From: Nemertoderma westbladi
Taxonomy: Eukaryota > Animalia > Xenacoelomorpha
Length of the DNA stretch: 64,000 nt
Direction of reading: 5' to 3'
Assembly (NCBI GenBank): GCA_032718475.1
Contig: JAUCBJ010001966.1
Location: 1-64,000, forward strand
Position numbers and translations under genes: made by a program. Shown piece after piece: positions 23,901-37,095 of the stretch (positions are counted from its first letter, which is position 1; each line of letters begins with the position of its first letter). The notes under the pieces were generated by a model. It did not search any database. It saw only the letters and a list, made by a program, of their open reading frames with translations, and had not been told where the DNA came from.

Positions 23901-24852
23901 GGGGCGAGCCACGAAGTTGGCGGAGCCTTAGCGAATTGACACTGTTAGGGGGTGGGTCAATTTATGCAAATAGTTGTCGTCGTCGTTGTCGTCGTCGTCG
24001 TTGTCGTCGTCGTCGTCGTTGTCGTCGTCGTTACGATTTTGACATGCTAATAACTTTGTCGGATTTAAAGCTGCCAAGTTGAAATTTTGTAGGTATCAAT
24101 ATGAGCAAAAGTTGAGATTTTTGAGAGACTTTCAGACACCATCAGTGCAATGGTCTCCCGCTAGAGGGCCACATGTCTAAACATTAAATGCCCTCCCATT
24201 TCTTTGCTTTTAATCCGTTTAAGCTGAAACTTGGCAGATATGTATTAGACCATTAGCTGTGACTTTCAAAGGAGGCGAATCCATCTGCAGTTCTCCAGTC
24301 TGCCGCTAGAGGGCCAAAGGTCTGAAAGTGAAATCGTTGTCGTCGTTACGATTTTGACATGCTAATAACTTTGTCGGATTTAAAGCTGCCAAGTTGAAAA
24401 TTTGTAGGTATCAATATGAGCTAAAGTTGAGACGTTTGAGACACTTTCAGACACCATCAGAGCAATAGTCTCCTGCTAGAGGGCCACATGTCTAAACGTT
24501 AAATGTCCTCCCATTTCTTTGCTTTTAATCCATTTATGCTGAAATTTGGCAGATATGTACTAGACCATTAGCTGTGACTTTGAAAGAAGGAATTGAATTG
24601 AATTGAATTGAAGGCTAATCCGTGTGCAGTTCTTCAGTCTGCCGCTAGAGGGCGAAATGTTTGAAAGTGAAATCTTTCTCCCATCTCGTTATTTATGATC
24701 CGTTCAAGCTGAAACGTAGCAGATATGTAGTAGAAGTCGGCCTGAGTCTTTGGTGGGCAGTAAACGGTCTGGAGTCCTCCAGTCTGCCGCTAGAGGGCGA
24801 AATGTATAACTAAGTATAATTAAGTCACGTGCTGCGCGAAGGCCCCACTTCG
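23901..24852 (+). mobile_element. Non-autonomous DNA element, copy 1 (TGT direct repeats, (GTC)n, ~314-bp internal units)
   Basis: Near-identical to 55912-57174; TGT at both flanks. Confidence 0.85.
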
Positions 24853-24952
24853 TGTTTCAATGTGTGTATATAATATAACAAACAATTTTGTTTTGTAAAT
24901 TTTATCAAATATTCCTAAAATATGCTCGTCCAAGTTATCAACACATTTCAGT

Positions 24953-25384
24953 TCATTCACCAAAATGAAAAATGTGCCACTCCTGTGTGCACTCGCCACA
25001 GAGGGCCGGTTGACCGCTGCAATCAGGACAAAAGAGATTACTTTTCACTTGCGCATTATTGTTGCGGGCACAATTTCTGCAACGATTTCGTTGACCTTCC
25101 TTTTGGTATTTGCAGAGAATGTGAGGAAAAGGACTTCTTTGAGTGGGCCGCTTTTTTGGTCTGGACTTGGACTCAGGCTGGACTTGGAGCACACCTGGAC
25201 TCGGATTGGACTTGGAAGTACTCTGAGCAATGTCCTGTAGCTTGGACTCAGGCTGGACTTGGAGCACACCTGGATTCGGATTGGACTTGGAAGTATTCTG
25301 AGCAACGTCCTGTAGCTTGGACTCAGGCTGGACTTGGAGCACACCTGGACTCGGATTGGACTTGGAAGTACTCTGAGCAACGTC
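24953..25384 (-). CDS. Terminal exon: 25-aa repeats plus a piggyBac-type C-terminal Cys-rich finger
   Basis: Acceptor TTTTCTCTACAG at 25385. RCRNC...LFCPDC..PALCGEC..EWH matches the piggyBac CRD pattern. Confidence 0.65.
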   Translation of the reverse strand, partial: DVAQSTSKSNPSPGVLQVQPESKLQDVAQNTSKSNPNPGVLQVQPESKLQDIAQSTSKSNPSPGVLQVQPESKSRPKKRPTQRSPFPHILCKYQKEGQRNRCRNCARNNNAQVKSNLFCPDCSGQPALCGECTQEWHIFHFGE

Positions 25385-25390
25385 CTGTAG
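25167..25390 (-). repeat. 75-bp coding tandem repeat x3
   Basis: DVAQSTSKSNPSPGVLQVQPESKLQ units. Confidence 0.9.
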
Positions 25391-25729
25391 AGAAAATAAT
25401 GTATTAAATATAATATAAAAAAATTAAATATTTATGACTAAATTCTGCTCATTATTAGTGAAGACTACATGCTCTAAAATTTTTCTTTCCAAAATGCCAC
25501 CACATGACAATTTTGTCCACACCATAGATCAGAATGCAATACAATTTGGATCCTTATAGAAAATTCTTTGGGGAACCCATTTCTGTTGTTTATGCAATAT
25601 TGTTCCAAAATGGAACAGTATGCACCTATTGTTCCAAATACACTACATTGTTTAATATTGTTAATATTTAACAACATTAAAGTATTTTTCCATATATGGA
25701 ACAACATTCTATATATGGAACAATGTTCC

Positions 25730-27700
25730 ATATTGTTCCATATTTGGAACAATATTGTTAATATTCAACAATATTAAAGTATTGTTCCATATATGGAACA
25801 ATTTAATCATTTGTTCCATATTTGGAACAATATTGTTAATATTCAACAATATTAGTATTGTTCCATATATGGAACAGGAACAATATTGTTAATATTCAAC
25901 AATATTAGTATTGTTCCATCCATATATGGAACAGGTTAATCATTTGTTCCATATTTGGAACAATATTGTTAATATTCAACAATATTAAAGTATTGTTCTA
26001 TATATGGAACAAGTTAATCATTTGTTCCATATTTGGAACAATATTGTTAATATTCATCAATATTAAAGTATTGTTCCATATATGGAACAAGTTAATCATT
26101 TGTTCCATATTTGGAACAAAATTGTTAATATTCATCAATAGTAAAGTATTGTTCCATATCTGGAACAAGTTAATTATTTGTTCCATATTTGGAACAAAAT
26201 TGTTAATATTCAATAATATTAAAGTAATATTCCCTTTATGGAACAAGTTAATTATTTGTTCAATATTTGGAACAATATTGTTAATATTCAACAATATTAA
26301 AGTATCGTTCCATATATGGAACAAGTTAATCATTTGTTCCATATTTGGAACAATATTGTTAATATTCAGCAATATTAAAGTATTGTTCCATATATGGAAC
26401 AGGTTAATCATTTGTTCTTTTTATGGAACAATATTGTTAATATTCAGCAATATTAAAGTAATATTCCATATATGGAACAAGTTAATTATTTGTTCCATAT
26501 TTGGAACAATATTGTTAATATTCAATAATATTAAAGTAATATTCCATATATGGAACAAGTTAATTATTTGTTCCATATTTGGAACAATATTGTTAATATT
26601 CAACAATATTAAAGTATCGTTCCATATATGGAACAAGTTAATCATTTGTTCCATATTTGGAACAATATTGTTAATATTCAGCAATATTAAAGTATTGTTC
26701 CATATATGGAACAGGTTAATCATTTGTTCTTTTTATGGAACAATATTGTTAATATTCAGCAATATTAAAGTAATATTCCATATATGGAACAGGTTAATTA
26801 TTTGTTCCATATTTGGAACAATATTGTTAATATTCAACAATATTAAAGTATTGTTCCATATATGGAACAGGTTAATTATTTGTTCCATATTTGGAACAAT
26901 ATTGTTAATATTCAAAAATATTAAAGTAATATTCCATATATGGAACAGGTTAATCATTTGTTCCATATTTGGAACAATATTGTTAATATTCAACAATATT
27001 AAAGTATTGTTCCATATATGGAACAGGTTAATCATTTATTACATATTTGGAACAATATTGTTAATATTCAACAATATTAAAGTATTGTTCCATATATGGA
27101 ACAAGTTAATCATTTGTTCCATATTTGGAACAAAATTGTTAATATTCATCAATATTAAGTATTGTTCCATATCTGGAACAAGTTAATTATTTGTTCCATA
27201 TTTGGAACAATATTGTTAATATTCAAAAATATTAAAGTAATATTCCATATATGGAACAAGTTAATTATTTGTTCCATATTTGGAACAATATTGTTAATAT
27301 TCAACAATATTAAAGTATCGTTCCATATATGGAACAAGTTAATCATTTGTTCCATATTTGGAACAATATTGTTAATATTCAACAATATTAAAATATTGTT
27401 CCATATATGGAACAAGTTAATTATTTGTTCCATATTTGGAACAATATTGTTAATATTCAACAATATTAAAGTATTGTTCCATATATGGAACAGGTTAATC
27501 ATTTGTTCCATATTTGGAACAATATTGTTAATATTCAACAATATTAAAGTATTGTTCCAGATATGGAACAAGTTAATCATTTGTTCCATGTTTGGAACAA
27601 TATTGTTAATATTCAACAATATCAAAGTATTGTTCCATATATGGAATAACGTTCCATATATGGAACAAGTAAATCATTTGTTCCATATTTGGAACAATAT
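25730..27700. repeat. 78-bp palindromic satellite (~25 units), probably the body of a MITE ending ..GGGACGGG near 27956
   Basis: Each unit contains TGTTCCATATATGGAACA, TGTTCCATATTTGGAACA and AATATTGTT..AACAATATT; degenerate units on both flanks. Confidence 0.93.
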
Positions 27701-28165
27701 TCTCTTGGAACAAAGTTCTCTTTGGCAGTCAGATGTTACAGAGTGTTGCAGAACATTATGATTTTTGCTGGAATTGTTTTGTTCTGGAACATTCCAGCAC
27801 CAATGCTGATAATTGCTTAAATTGGTGTGTACATGTTCTGGAATGTTCTGAACGCCACAGTTCTAAATATGGAACATTTCATATATGGAATAAATTGGAA
27901 CCATATTCGTCCACATTAAAGTATTGTTCCAAATATGGAACATGGCCTGGGACGGGACACCCACTATGCATATCACTATCGCATTGGTTCTCCAAACAGT
28001 ATCATCTTCCATCTTTTAGCTTCAATATTACCACAATATTAATTATTGAAAGTCATGGATCAACCCATTTTTTTTTCAATACGCAGAGCCAAGAGTATTG
28101 TTTTGGTAGCCTATCACTGCCATTATGGTGAGGCTGAAAACTTGGTGATATGTAGAGCTGTTTAC

Positions 28166-28296
28166 CTTTTCCAGTAGCTTTTGCACATCCTCATGCATGT
28201 CGTTCATTTTTTCACCTAGATTCTTGATTTCATTCATCATTGGTTTGTGTTGCTTGATCATCTCATTTACTATTTCCTCTAATACAGTCGTCAGTT
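28166..28296 (-). CDS. Candidate upstream exon (coiled coil) of the Cys-rich-finger gene
   Basis: TTTTTCAG acceptor, LTTVLEEIVNEMIKQ..VQKLLEK, AAG|GTAAAC donor in phase 0, matching the exon at 25384. Confidence 0.45.
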
Positions 28297-31071
28297 CTGA
28301 AAAATAGGTAAAGAAATTCAGTTTATTGATTTACAGTGGAATAACACACTTTTATTAAATTTTGAACAAACAAACAACATTTTTTGTACAATTAATAATT
28401 GTCAAATAATTTGGAAGGTGCGGAATTGGATCCATTTATTACTCAAGTAGGCTGAGCAGAATTGGCCATTCCCTACATAGTGGCAGTGATGTATTATGGT
28501 CTGGTTAGCTAGTAATTATTTGGTATATAACTAAAATTTGTTTTTAAATTTTGGCAGTGTTTCATTTGGGTCCTTGGTTAGGGTCAGTTGACGGTGTCCT
28601 ACTGTCTGTGTTTCGTGTTGGTCCTTGGTTAGGGTCAGTTGTCAAGTCTCTGATAATAAAAATGGGTCTAACTTCGCACCTGCCTCCAAATAATGTAGAG
28701 TAAAAAAATCTAAAATACAACCTGCAATTACAAAAATTCAATAGAGTCATTCATCTACAATTGATTTACTCAAATATGAGTATGGAATTGTAAAATATAG
28801 TGCATCACGTGAAAATCGCATAAAAAATATGCATATTATTAGCGTATTGTAAGGCAAGGGAAGGGACTCAAGTTTTGTGTGCATCGGAAAAAATGTATGC
28901 TAAATACCAGTCTAATTGTTTGAATAAATTGCTTTTAATGCTCACACAATTCGTGATTTTTTATATTCCTGGCGCCTGGCGGGTAGCAAAATTATTTTTA
29001 CATTGCCTTTCAAATTATATGCATATTTCTTAAATCTGTGAGTAGATTGTATAAAATATATGTATTATACTTAGATACCGTTTATTCTGAGAAATAAATG
29101 ACAAGAATGAATTTATCATGTTTGGGTTTCCAAAATGTTCGTGTGATAAAAGTATCATTTGTTCACAGTGTAGTCGGACAAAAATAGTGTTGCGAATAAA
29201 GCTTCTAAGATTGGACGGCACCCTCATGTGATTATGTAAGTAAAGATCTTTGGGCGCTTTTTCGGTAACTGGGGTTGTCTGTTGAAAATGTTAAGGCTCG
29301 TTTTTACCTAATTTCCAGTGAAATTTATTTGAACAATCGTGTAATAAAGCGTTTGTGAAGCAAATATAGCTAGTCAAATTTAGCTAGTAACTACCTACTA
29401 AATAAAAATATGAGTATGATGGTCGCAATTACAAGAAATTGACCACCCTAGTAAACGAAAAAGCTACTATACTGAGATTTTTCTTTTACTGGGTTTTACT
29501 GTTTAGAAAATTTAGCTAGTCAAGTAACTGGCTAGTAAATAAAAAAAATGAAATAAACCTCCCCAGAAAATGAAAAGGCTGCAGTTTTTGAGACACCAGG
29601 AAACAACACCTCCGCCAACCCACCATGCCATTGGAAGCATTTGTCACATACTTCCAGCCCACCATCCTGCACCTCCAACCAAACACCCCAAACTGTCAAC
29701 CAAACATCCCACACCTCAAACCCACCACCCCACACCTGAAACCCGCCCTATTCCCCCAACCCACCACACCCCACGCATCCAACCAATATATATTAATTAC
29801 TAGCTACCACAAAAATTACTAGAGCCTACTGTACATATATTATATAGGTCTACTGTACATATATTATATAGGTCTTTACAATGGCAAATAAAACACATTT
29901 TAAAAGTCAATTTGGAAATCAATTAAGATTATATACGCTAAAAACAGATAAAACACATATTTATACAGGACAGGTACATTATTTAAAAATATTCAATAGA
30001 AAGTATAATAAACACACAATTAGGGCAAAAATATAACTAAAAACGGATCTTTAAATAAAAAATTAAAAATATGTACACGTCACAAACAACAGTAACAAAC
30101 AATAGTTACAGTGGATACAAAATAAAATAAACAAAAAAACATAAAAAACCATAGCAATGCATAGTTAGTTATAGATACAGAAGTTAAATTAATATAAGTA
30201 GCGTTGGGGGGTGAAATATGCAATGGCTACCTGTCTGACTGGTGTATCACTGAAAATATGCCCATTATGGTGGGGGGCGTTCGTCATCGCTGGATTGTTG
30301 AACATCATAATTCATCGTTGATAGTAGGGGGCGTAGCGAGTGTTGGATGGTGATCGGACATTACGCGGTCCCGTTTGTTTCGCATAATTAACACTAGGTT
30401 GGGAATGTGACAACGATGATGTTGAGGCATCTTTGCAGCGTCGGCACAGGCGTCCGGGGCGATCTCGTTTCGTGGGTTCCGCATATAATACATTCGCCCA
30501 TAATAATTATCCAAACAAATTAAAAATGTATCAAAAGTGTTGTTAAATTCGAAATACCGAAGACCAAATCATCCATTAACAGAACCGCAGTTAGTGCAGC
30601 AGTACAATAGAAATAGGCGCCAAGCAGTCTTCACATTACACAACTGATCTAGTTACTGCTGATTTTACATTAACAGATTAATAACCTTTTTCCTAGAAAT
30701 AATATGAGGAAAATGATCAATATATAACAGCAAGACACATCATCCCATCGCCTAATTACCCAACATAAATCTAATTATATTACCTAACATAAATATGTTA
30801 ACCCATACGGAGTATGTTCTTCCTGAGTAAAATCTATACTCATGCACAGTGCACACATCCGATCATCACCATTAGCATGCATTGCCCTCATAATATGTGG
30901 AATAACAACCAGTAGTTAGTTAGCAGTGCAGTAGAGCGATATAAACAATGCACTGAGAAGCATAAACGTGTATTATACCAATTAAAACAAATTCTATGTT
31001 TGCATTTGTGGATTTATTTAGATAATTAGACAACTAGATAATATATATTGCTAGGGTCTGCTGTATCTAAA

Positions 31072-31304
31072 ATGCATTTAGGTACCTTTATGTTGGGGGT
31101 GGTCGGGGGGATCACTCTAGTGGTCTGGTCGAGCACTCCAGCCTATTGTGAGGAAATCTCAGGCTGCATACCTGAGATTTGGTTGTACCAGGACGATGAC
31201 CAGTCAGGCCTATCCAAAGAGTACTCAATGACGACTGACTCCACCCAGTTATCATCCGACGGAATGAATGACGTTGTCTCTTCTGTAAGAGTGGTGTGTG
31301 GAAT
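31072..31304 (+). CDS. Host gene exon: signal peptide + first beta/gamma-crystallin motif
   Basis: Hydrophobic N-terminus; IWLYQD..MNDVVSSVRVVCG; donor AT|GTTAGT. Confidence 0.8.
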
Positions 31305-32758
31305 GTTAGTATAAATGTGATCCACTTGAAACAATGTTTATTTTAGAACAATATCCAAATCAAATATCAACCAACCATTTAATTTGAAACCCGCTCTCTA
31401 ATATAGGATTTATTAGAAGAATAGGATAATTAAGTTGTCATAGACTTTACAATATTCAGGATTTCGGTTCTGTTACAATGCATTCTAGAATACTGTAGAT
31501 TCATATTGGTTTCATACAATTGAATATATGTTAGGAAAATTTGCCAACAAAATGAAAGAAATAAAAATAGGTCATGGTAAAACTAGAATCACCGGTTTTG
31601 CCAACTAGTGTTAAACATTTCCTATGACGAATAATACGTTTTTAGAATGCCATAGATGAGCGGCTGTGCCTGGTGTTTGTCAGTACCATAGTGCAGAGCA
31701 TACGCCAGCTTCCACCATAAACCGGCCCTTCTGGCTATTGTGAAATCCGAAGTTCTTCGAATTCGGCGTGTGACTGACTCGCATTCTGTTTTTAGGATCT
31801 ACAGGCACCAATACTTGGACAAATGTAAATTGCGTGGCTATCCCCTTAACTTCCTTCTAACTATGTACGCATGGGACCCATCACCTGCCCTCCCCCCAAA
31901 AAACGGCCTAAAATACTACCTGCGCCACCTAGCGAACAAATCGTGTATTTACCAACCACGCCACAATTCCTTCCCACACTCAACGCGGTTACCAGTAGGC
32001 ATAACAAACGCCTTCACGCCCACGGGCTTTCGATAAAAACTGTACCACGTAACGAACCTTGTTTGGGTAAATTTATCCTCCATGTCAGCCTAATCTCTCT
32101 TTTTACCACTGCTCATAATTTTATTTATTTTAATTATTTAATAGTACCCTCGTAACCAGGCATATACAGTACGATAGCCTCGTGTAAATTAGTATCTTTT
32201 ACAGTATATTATTTAATTAAATTTAACCCATTTAAGCCATATGATAAAAAGGAATTTGTTTTACTTAGAATCGTGGCTTAGACCCTTTCAACACCAATAT
32301 AACTCGATTATAGTGCAGAGTGTTATACAGTACTACAATACAGTATACTTTATTTGTAAATAACGGACCATATTTTAACTATGACCCCTATATCATTAGA
32401 AGGAACTACTGTATTACATCGTCTCACATGCAATATATCCTTAGATGTGTGTGTAGGAATCCAAGCCTTATAAAAATGTAATAGTATTAAATTTACCCCG
32501 TCTGGGGGTGTATCTTTATTATTATTATAAAAATTTAATAACATAAGTGAGGGATTGTCATAAAATTATTTACTAGAGAGCCAGCAAGATGGCTAGAAGA
32601 CCATCAGGCCCTAAGATCAGGACAGTTTGACAGAGTTATAGCAGTTTGAGAGAGTTATAGCGGCTCATATACCTCAGGACAAGTAAGCCCTAACGGTAAT
32701 TTTAAATTTTTAAAATAACTTTTTGTTGGGCACAGCTTTTGCAAAGTCGGCAATGACG

Positions 32759-32822
32759 TCCAGGTGTGATCGAACTGGTGACCTCCGGGTTGGAAGCTCT
32801 AACCATTCAGCTAGCGGCTCAG
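32759..32822 (-). mobile_element. tRNA-derived SINE head
   Basis: A box TAGCTGAATGG and B box AGTTCGATC on the minus strand; no full cloverleaf. Confidence 0.55.
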
Positions 32823-33350
32823 GTAAAAAATAGACCTGGAGATACTATCTGATACCTTGTATGTCCGAGGTCTATTTAAAAACATCTAATTAAAAGTAAT
32901 TCGATGATATCCCGAGAACTGATTTTGAAAAAAAAGTGTGATTGTACAGTTTGGTGAACTGCATTCAAAGATACATCATTTATCCATATTTTGGATGACA
33001 TGGTGTTTATTATTATTTATTTTAATTAATTAATTATTACGGTACTTATTTGTTTTAGTGTAACTATTGATTTATATCTTGTTTTCGAGAGTTGATTGGT
33101 GTTGAATTTTATGAATGAGTTTATTATACGGCTATTTTGAATGACAGGTATCGATGAAATCAGACTTTACCAAAACAATTTCAAGCCAATATCAATCTGC
33201 ACAAACATCAAGACAAACATAAGTTTATTTTGACAGCAATTAGCCCTTACGGTCTTCTAATAAACAAGTACTGATAATATACTTATTGATAATTATTATT
33301 GAAAAATTACTTCATAATACACATAATTGTAGTATAATTATAATTTGTAG

Positions 33351-33508
33351 CTGGATTTTGTACACTGACAACTTCGATGGTGCTATAGACATAGCACAGC
33401 CAGGTGACTACTCAACTAGTCAACTACCGAATTCGGCCGATACACTCAGTTCCTTGAAACTCGTTCTTGGAAACGGAATGACTCTGTTTAATGGAACGTT
33501 CTATACAG
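33351..33508 (+). CDS. Host gene exon: crystallin motif 2
   Basis: TTTGTAG acceptor; WILYTDNFDG..PGDY..DTLSSLK; phases fit neighbours. Confidence 0.85.
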
Positions 33509-33964
33509 GTCAGGTCCAGTATTAAATTACATCTTGATTATTTAACACATCCAATAATGTAAATAATTGTCCAATGTAGCACAATGGAATTGAGAGGTTT
33601 AACGTTGCAAGGTTATAGTAGTAGTGAAGTAGTGAAGTTGATATTCCAGAACATTTACAGGAGGATAATATCATACAACTATACAATTTAATGCTAAATT
33701 TATTAGTAATTACCATCGTAATTACTGATCTAGAATAAATAATGAGAAATCAGCAGAATAAACTTCTAGAACATTATTTGATTGGTTAAATATTTTATTA
33801 TCCGCATTTTTGGAGATTGATTGGATAATTGCTTTATCGACTGCAAATGAGGGCATTATACTCTTTATTGTCCGCACTTTTGCGGACAATAAAGGTGATA
33901 TTTTAAAGAAATTATTATTTTATTTCATTTTATTTTCTGTAAAGTTCAACTTAATTTATTTAAG

Positions 33965-34112
33965 GTCTCTCTTACGAAACGTGCATCCCCCCAACTGATA
34001 GAGTTGACAAAGCCGCTTCCTCCAGATGCAGCATAAGTAATCTTGCCGATGATTTTACCGTTTTTACGAAGTCCATCATCATAACTGGAAAATTCTCCTG
34101 GAGACTCTATGG
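33965..34112 (+). CDS. Host gene exon: crystallin motif 3
   Basis: AG/GT bounded and open; ends TKSIIITGKFSWRLY; phase 1 to 2. Confidence 0.75.
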
Positions 34113-34429
34113 GTACGTATTTAGGCCTACTATATATTTATTGGATTATGGAGTAATTTCCAATTATGGCGCCTGTCACCATCATTGTCTTCCAAATGTA
34201 ACTTTAGTTAGTGCATAATTGTTACAGCAGTAACAAATAATTATTATTACACAGTAACAAATAATTATTACTGCATAACAAATAATTATTATTCCAAAAT
34301 TGTAACATTACTCAACGCTGTTAGTATTAACAGCGAGTTGTTATTTAGCACTTTACAACTTTAGAGGACATTACAGCATTGTATTGGCCTGTACATTTAG
34401 TATTGTATTTGGTGTTATTGTTTGCATGA

Positions 34430-34487
34430 TAACCATGACGGCGTTAAGTAATACCCCAGTGGACATTACTTAACGCCGTCATGGTTA
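34430..34487. repeat. Perfect 23-bp-arm hairpin (mini-MITE or excision relic)
   Basis: TAACCATGACGGCGTTAAGTAAT - 12 nt - ATTACTTAACGCCGTCATGGTTA. Confidence 0.8.
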
Positions 34488-35290
34488 ACAATAGGTGAAA
34501 ATTTGCCTGACAGCCAGATAGGCCTACTGCATTACCTACCGGAAGACGGGGTATAGCTATTAATAACCAGTAGGGCCTAGCTATATTATTCATAACATGG
34601 CTCCACACGCCACCATAAATATAAGCTAGTTAAAATTTTGGAATAAAACTACATACATGCTTGTTGCAAAGTACTTTACAGTGTTATGATCCTCGTGGCT
34701 TTATTTTCACGCACTCACTACTGTAACGTTCGTTCGTGTAACAAAGCCACACTGTAAATGTATCATCACACTGTAAAGTGCTACTTTACACGCAAGTATG
34801 TAAATAGTTATTACCGCAGTACAAAATATTTATTGCTGAAGTACTAAACTGTCCTATCAATGGCCAATATAATTCAATTGAACCCCAATGCCGCAACACC
34901 CTTGATTTTATAAATGATAATTCTAGTTTAAATATCCACCTTTCTAGTTCCAGCTACCAGCAACACCAACAACGCTCCACTCATGCAGCACATAGATAGA
35001 ATTAACGATTCAACCATTGTTACGGGATTATCCCTATAAGCACTTCACCACTTCAGAAACCAATATGCCGCCGTATTAGCCACCATCCATTTTACGGCAG
35101 TTATTCTCACCCACCAATAAGCGATTTGCTACCTAATAAAGTCAATATAGCAATTAAGGGCTAGCGGCCAAACCAGCCACAATCACATGTTGCGCAAGCT
35201 ATGCCAATGCCATACAGTAACTGTGTTATATTGTTTACACATTGTGCATAGAGTTGTACAGGGACTAGTCGCTAACAATCTCTAATACTG

Positions 35291-35511
35291 TAAGATAAGA
35301 TAAGATAAGTTTATTTTCCACAAAATAAATTCACAAACAATAATAAGATAACACCATAATTTCTGTATAATATAAAGTGGTAGGGAGATAGTTTTATAGC
35401 AACGCTAGTAAGTAACTATCTACCTAGGGTGGGGGGTGGTGGAGGGGGAGGGAGGGGGAGGGGGGGGCGGGGGGGTGGTAGGGATGCGGAACCTAAGAAT
35501 ATTATAATATT
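35291..35511 (-). mobile_element. 5'-truncated 3' end of the same LINE family as 37096-45439
   Basis: Reverse complement of ~45237-45439 including the (CTTAT)n tail. Confidence 0.85.
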
Positions 35512-36035
35512 GTATATTTGTATACAGATATTAGATACAAATATTTGTATATTTGAGGGAATGCTGGAGATTAGATTACCCAAACATTGATTAGTCATAT
35601 ATTGTCACTGTTACACAGCCAATTTGTAGCTACTCATAGCAGCCAATCAGAGCCTAGAGGGTTTGACACATGCATTACCGTATCCAGCGGTCCTGATAGA
35701 ACTCCTATATAGTATAGTATTATTCTACGTTAGACCATTCTACATCATATTGTACCTCACTTGTTCAGCTGTATGTAGTTCCTGCAGCAAAACCATTAGT
35801 TATTACAAACAAAGACTGACTTATAGTTTTCAACCTGTGCATTACCACTGTCCTGCACAAGCCCAGACTCGGGGCATTGGCTAGTTATCTAACTGCGTTT
35901 AATTTACTAAGATACTGTTTATCAACAATATGTGGAAGGTAAAGTTGAAACTAGCTGAGTTTTCCACAAGATATAGAACTATTAGCACCCCTTATGTCCT
36001 GTAACAACAAACTCGCTTGGCCTATTCGCTTGTTT

Positions 36036-36375
36036 ATGGGGGTAGAATAATTGTTTATGGGGGTAGAATAATTGTTTTTGGGGGTAGAATAATTGTTTTG
36101 GTGGGATGAATAATTGTTTTTGGGGGATGAATAATTGTTTTTGGGGGATGAATAATTGTTTTTGGGGAATCAATAATTGTTTTTGGGGGATGAATAATTG
36201 TTTTTGGGGAATCAATAATGGTTTTTGGGGGATGAATAATTGTTTTTGAGGGATGAATAATTGTTTTTGGGGAATCAATAATTGTTTTTGGGGGATGAAT
36301 AATTGTTTTTGGGGGATGAGTAATTGTTTTTGGGGGATGAGTAATTGTTTTTGGGGGATGAATAATTGTTTTTGG
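36036..36375. repeat. 21-bp minisatellite (~16 copies)
   Basis: GAATAATTGTTTTTGGGGGAT units. Confidence 0.9.
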
Positions 36376-37095
36376 TGAGAAGGATATTCAAAATTGGGGG
36401 ATGTGAATTGGTGCTACAAAAATATATATTTGGTGCAAAATAATTTATTTTGGTGTTACATCATCTAATTTGGGGTGGCATTCAATTAGTGGCGCTTTTT
36501 AATTAATCTTTTTTAAATTAAATTGTGATAATAATAATAATAGATATTCCCATAGAATTCACTGAGAAAAGTTATTCAGCTGACTGGGTAATACATTACA
36601 AAGTAACAGTTGACAACAGTACTCACAGCTGAGATGGTAAACTGACATTTTGGGAGTGTACATAGTTGAGGTGTTAATAGTAGACCGGTCAGATGTTTAG
36701 TGACGATTGTTGCCTATATTGCGGCGTATTTAATGTGTTGGTGTTTGATATAGAGTTTATTCTCAGGTGCATTTCTATATTAAATGTCACCTTACCCTAT
36801 ATTACTTTGTTGTATATTAACCTGTATTATTGGGTTACGTTATTCGCACCATACGTGCAGTAACTTCTATTGATGAGAAATAGTAGACCAGTAGTCAGGG
36901 AGTAAGTAGGTCAGTACAGCAGTGCGGGTGCTATGTCTGAATAAGTCTGATTACTGCTATATGCCGACTTATAAAAACTGAATGGCGTAATAATTGTACT
37001 TTGTATTTGTAACCATAACACGATTTAATCTTCATTGTAATACTAATTCGCCTGAGGAGTGACTGCGTTTTAACCAATCTCACCAACGCCGCAAC

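Noticed and set aside
24922-25407. Plus-strand Cys-rich ORF with Ly6-like CCxxxxCN
   Set aside because: No signal peptide; it is antisense to a better-supported exon with an acceptor and a piggyBac-type finger.
25730-27700. CRISPR-like palindromic repeats
   Set aside because: Intervening sequences are repeated, not unique spacers; no cas genes; eukaryotic context.
25966-27761. Long ORFs (406 aa and others) on both strands
   Set aside because: Artefact of a stop-free 78-bp (26-codon) satellite.
1157-29225. GGGTGCC / GGCACCC as termini of the Rep-like element
   Set aside because: Only a 7-bp match and no TSD; insufficient.
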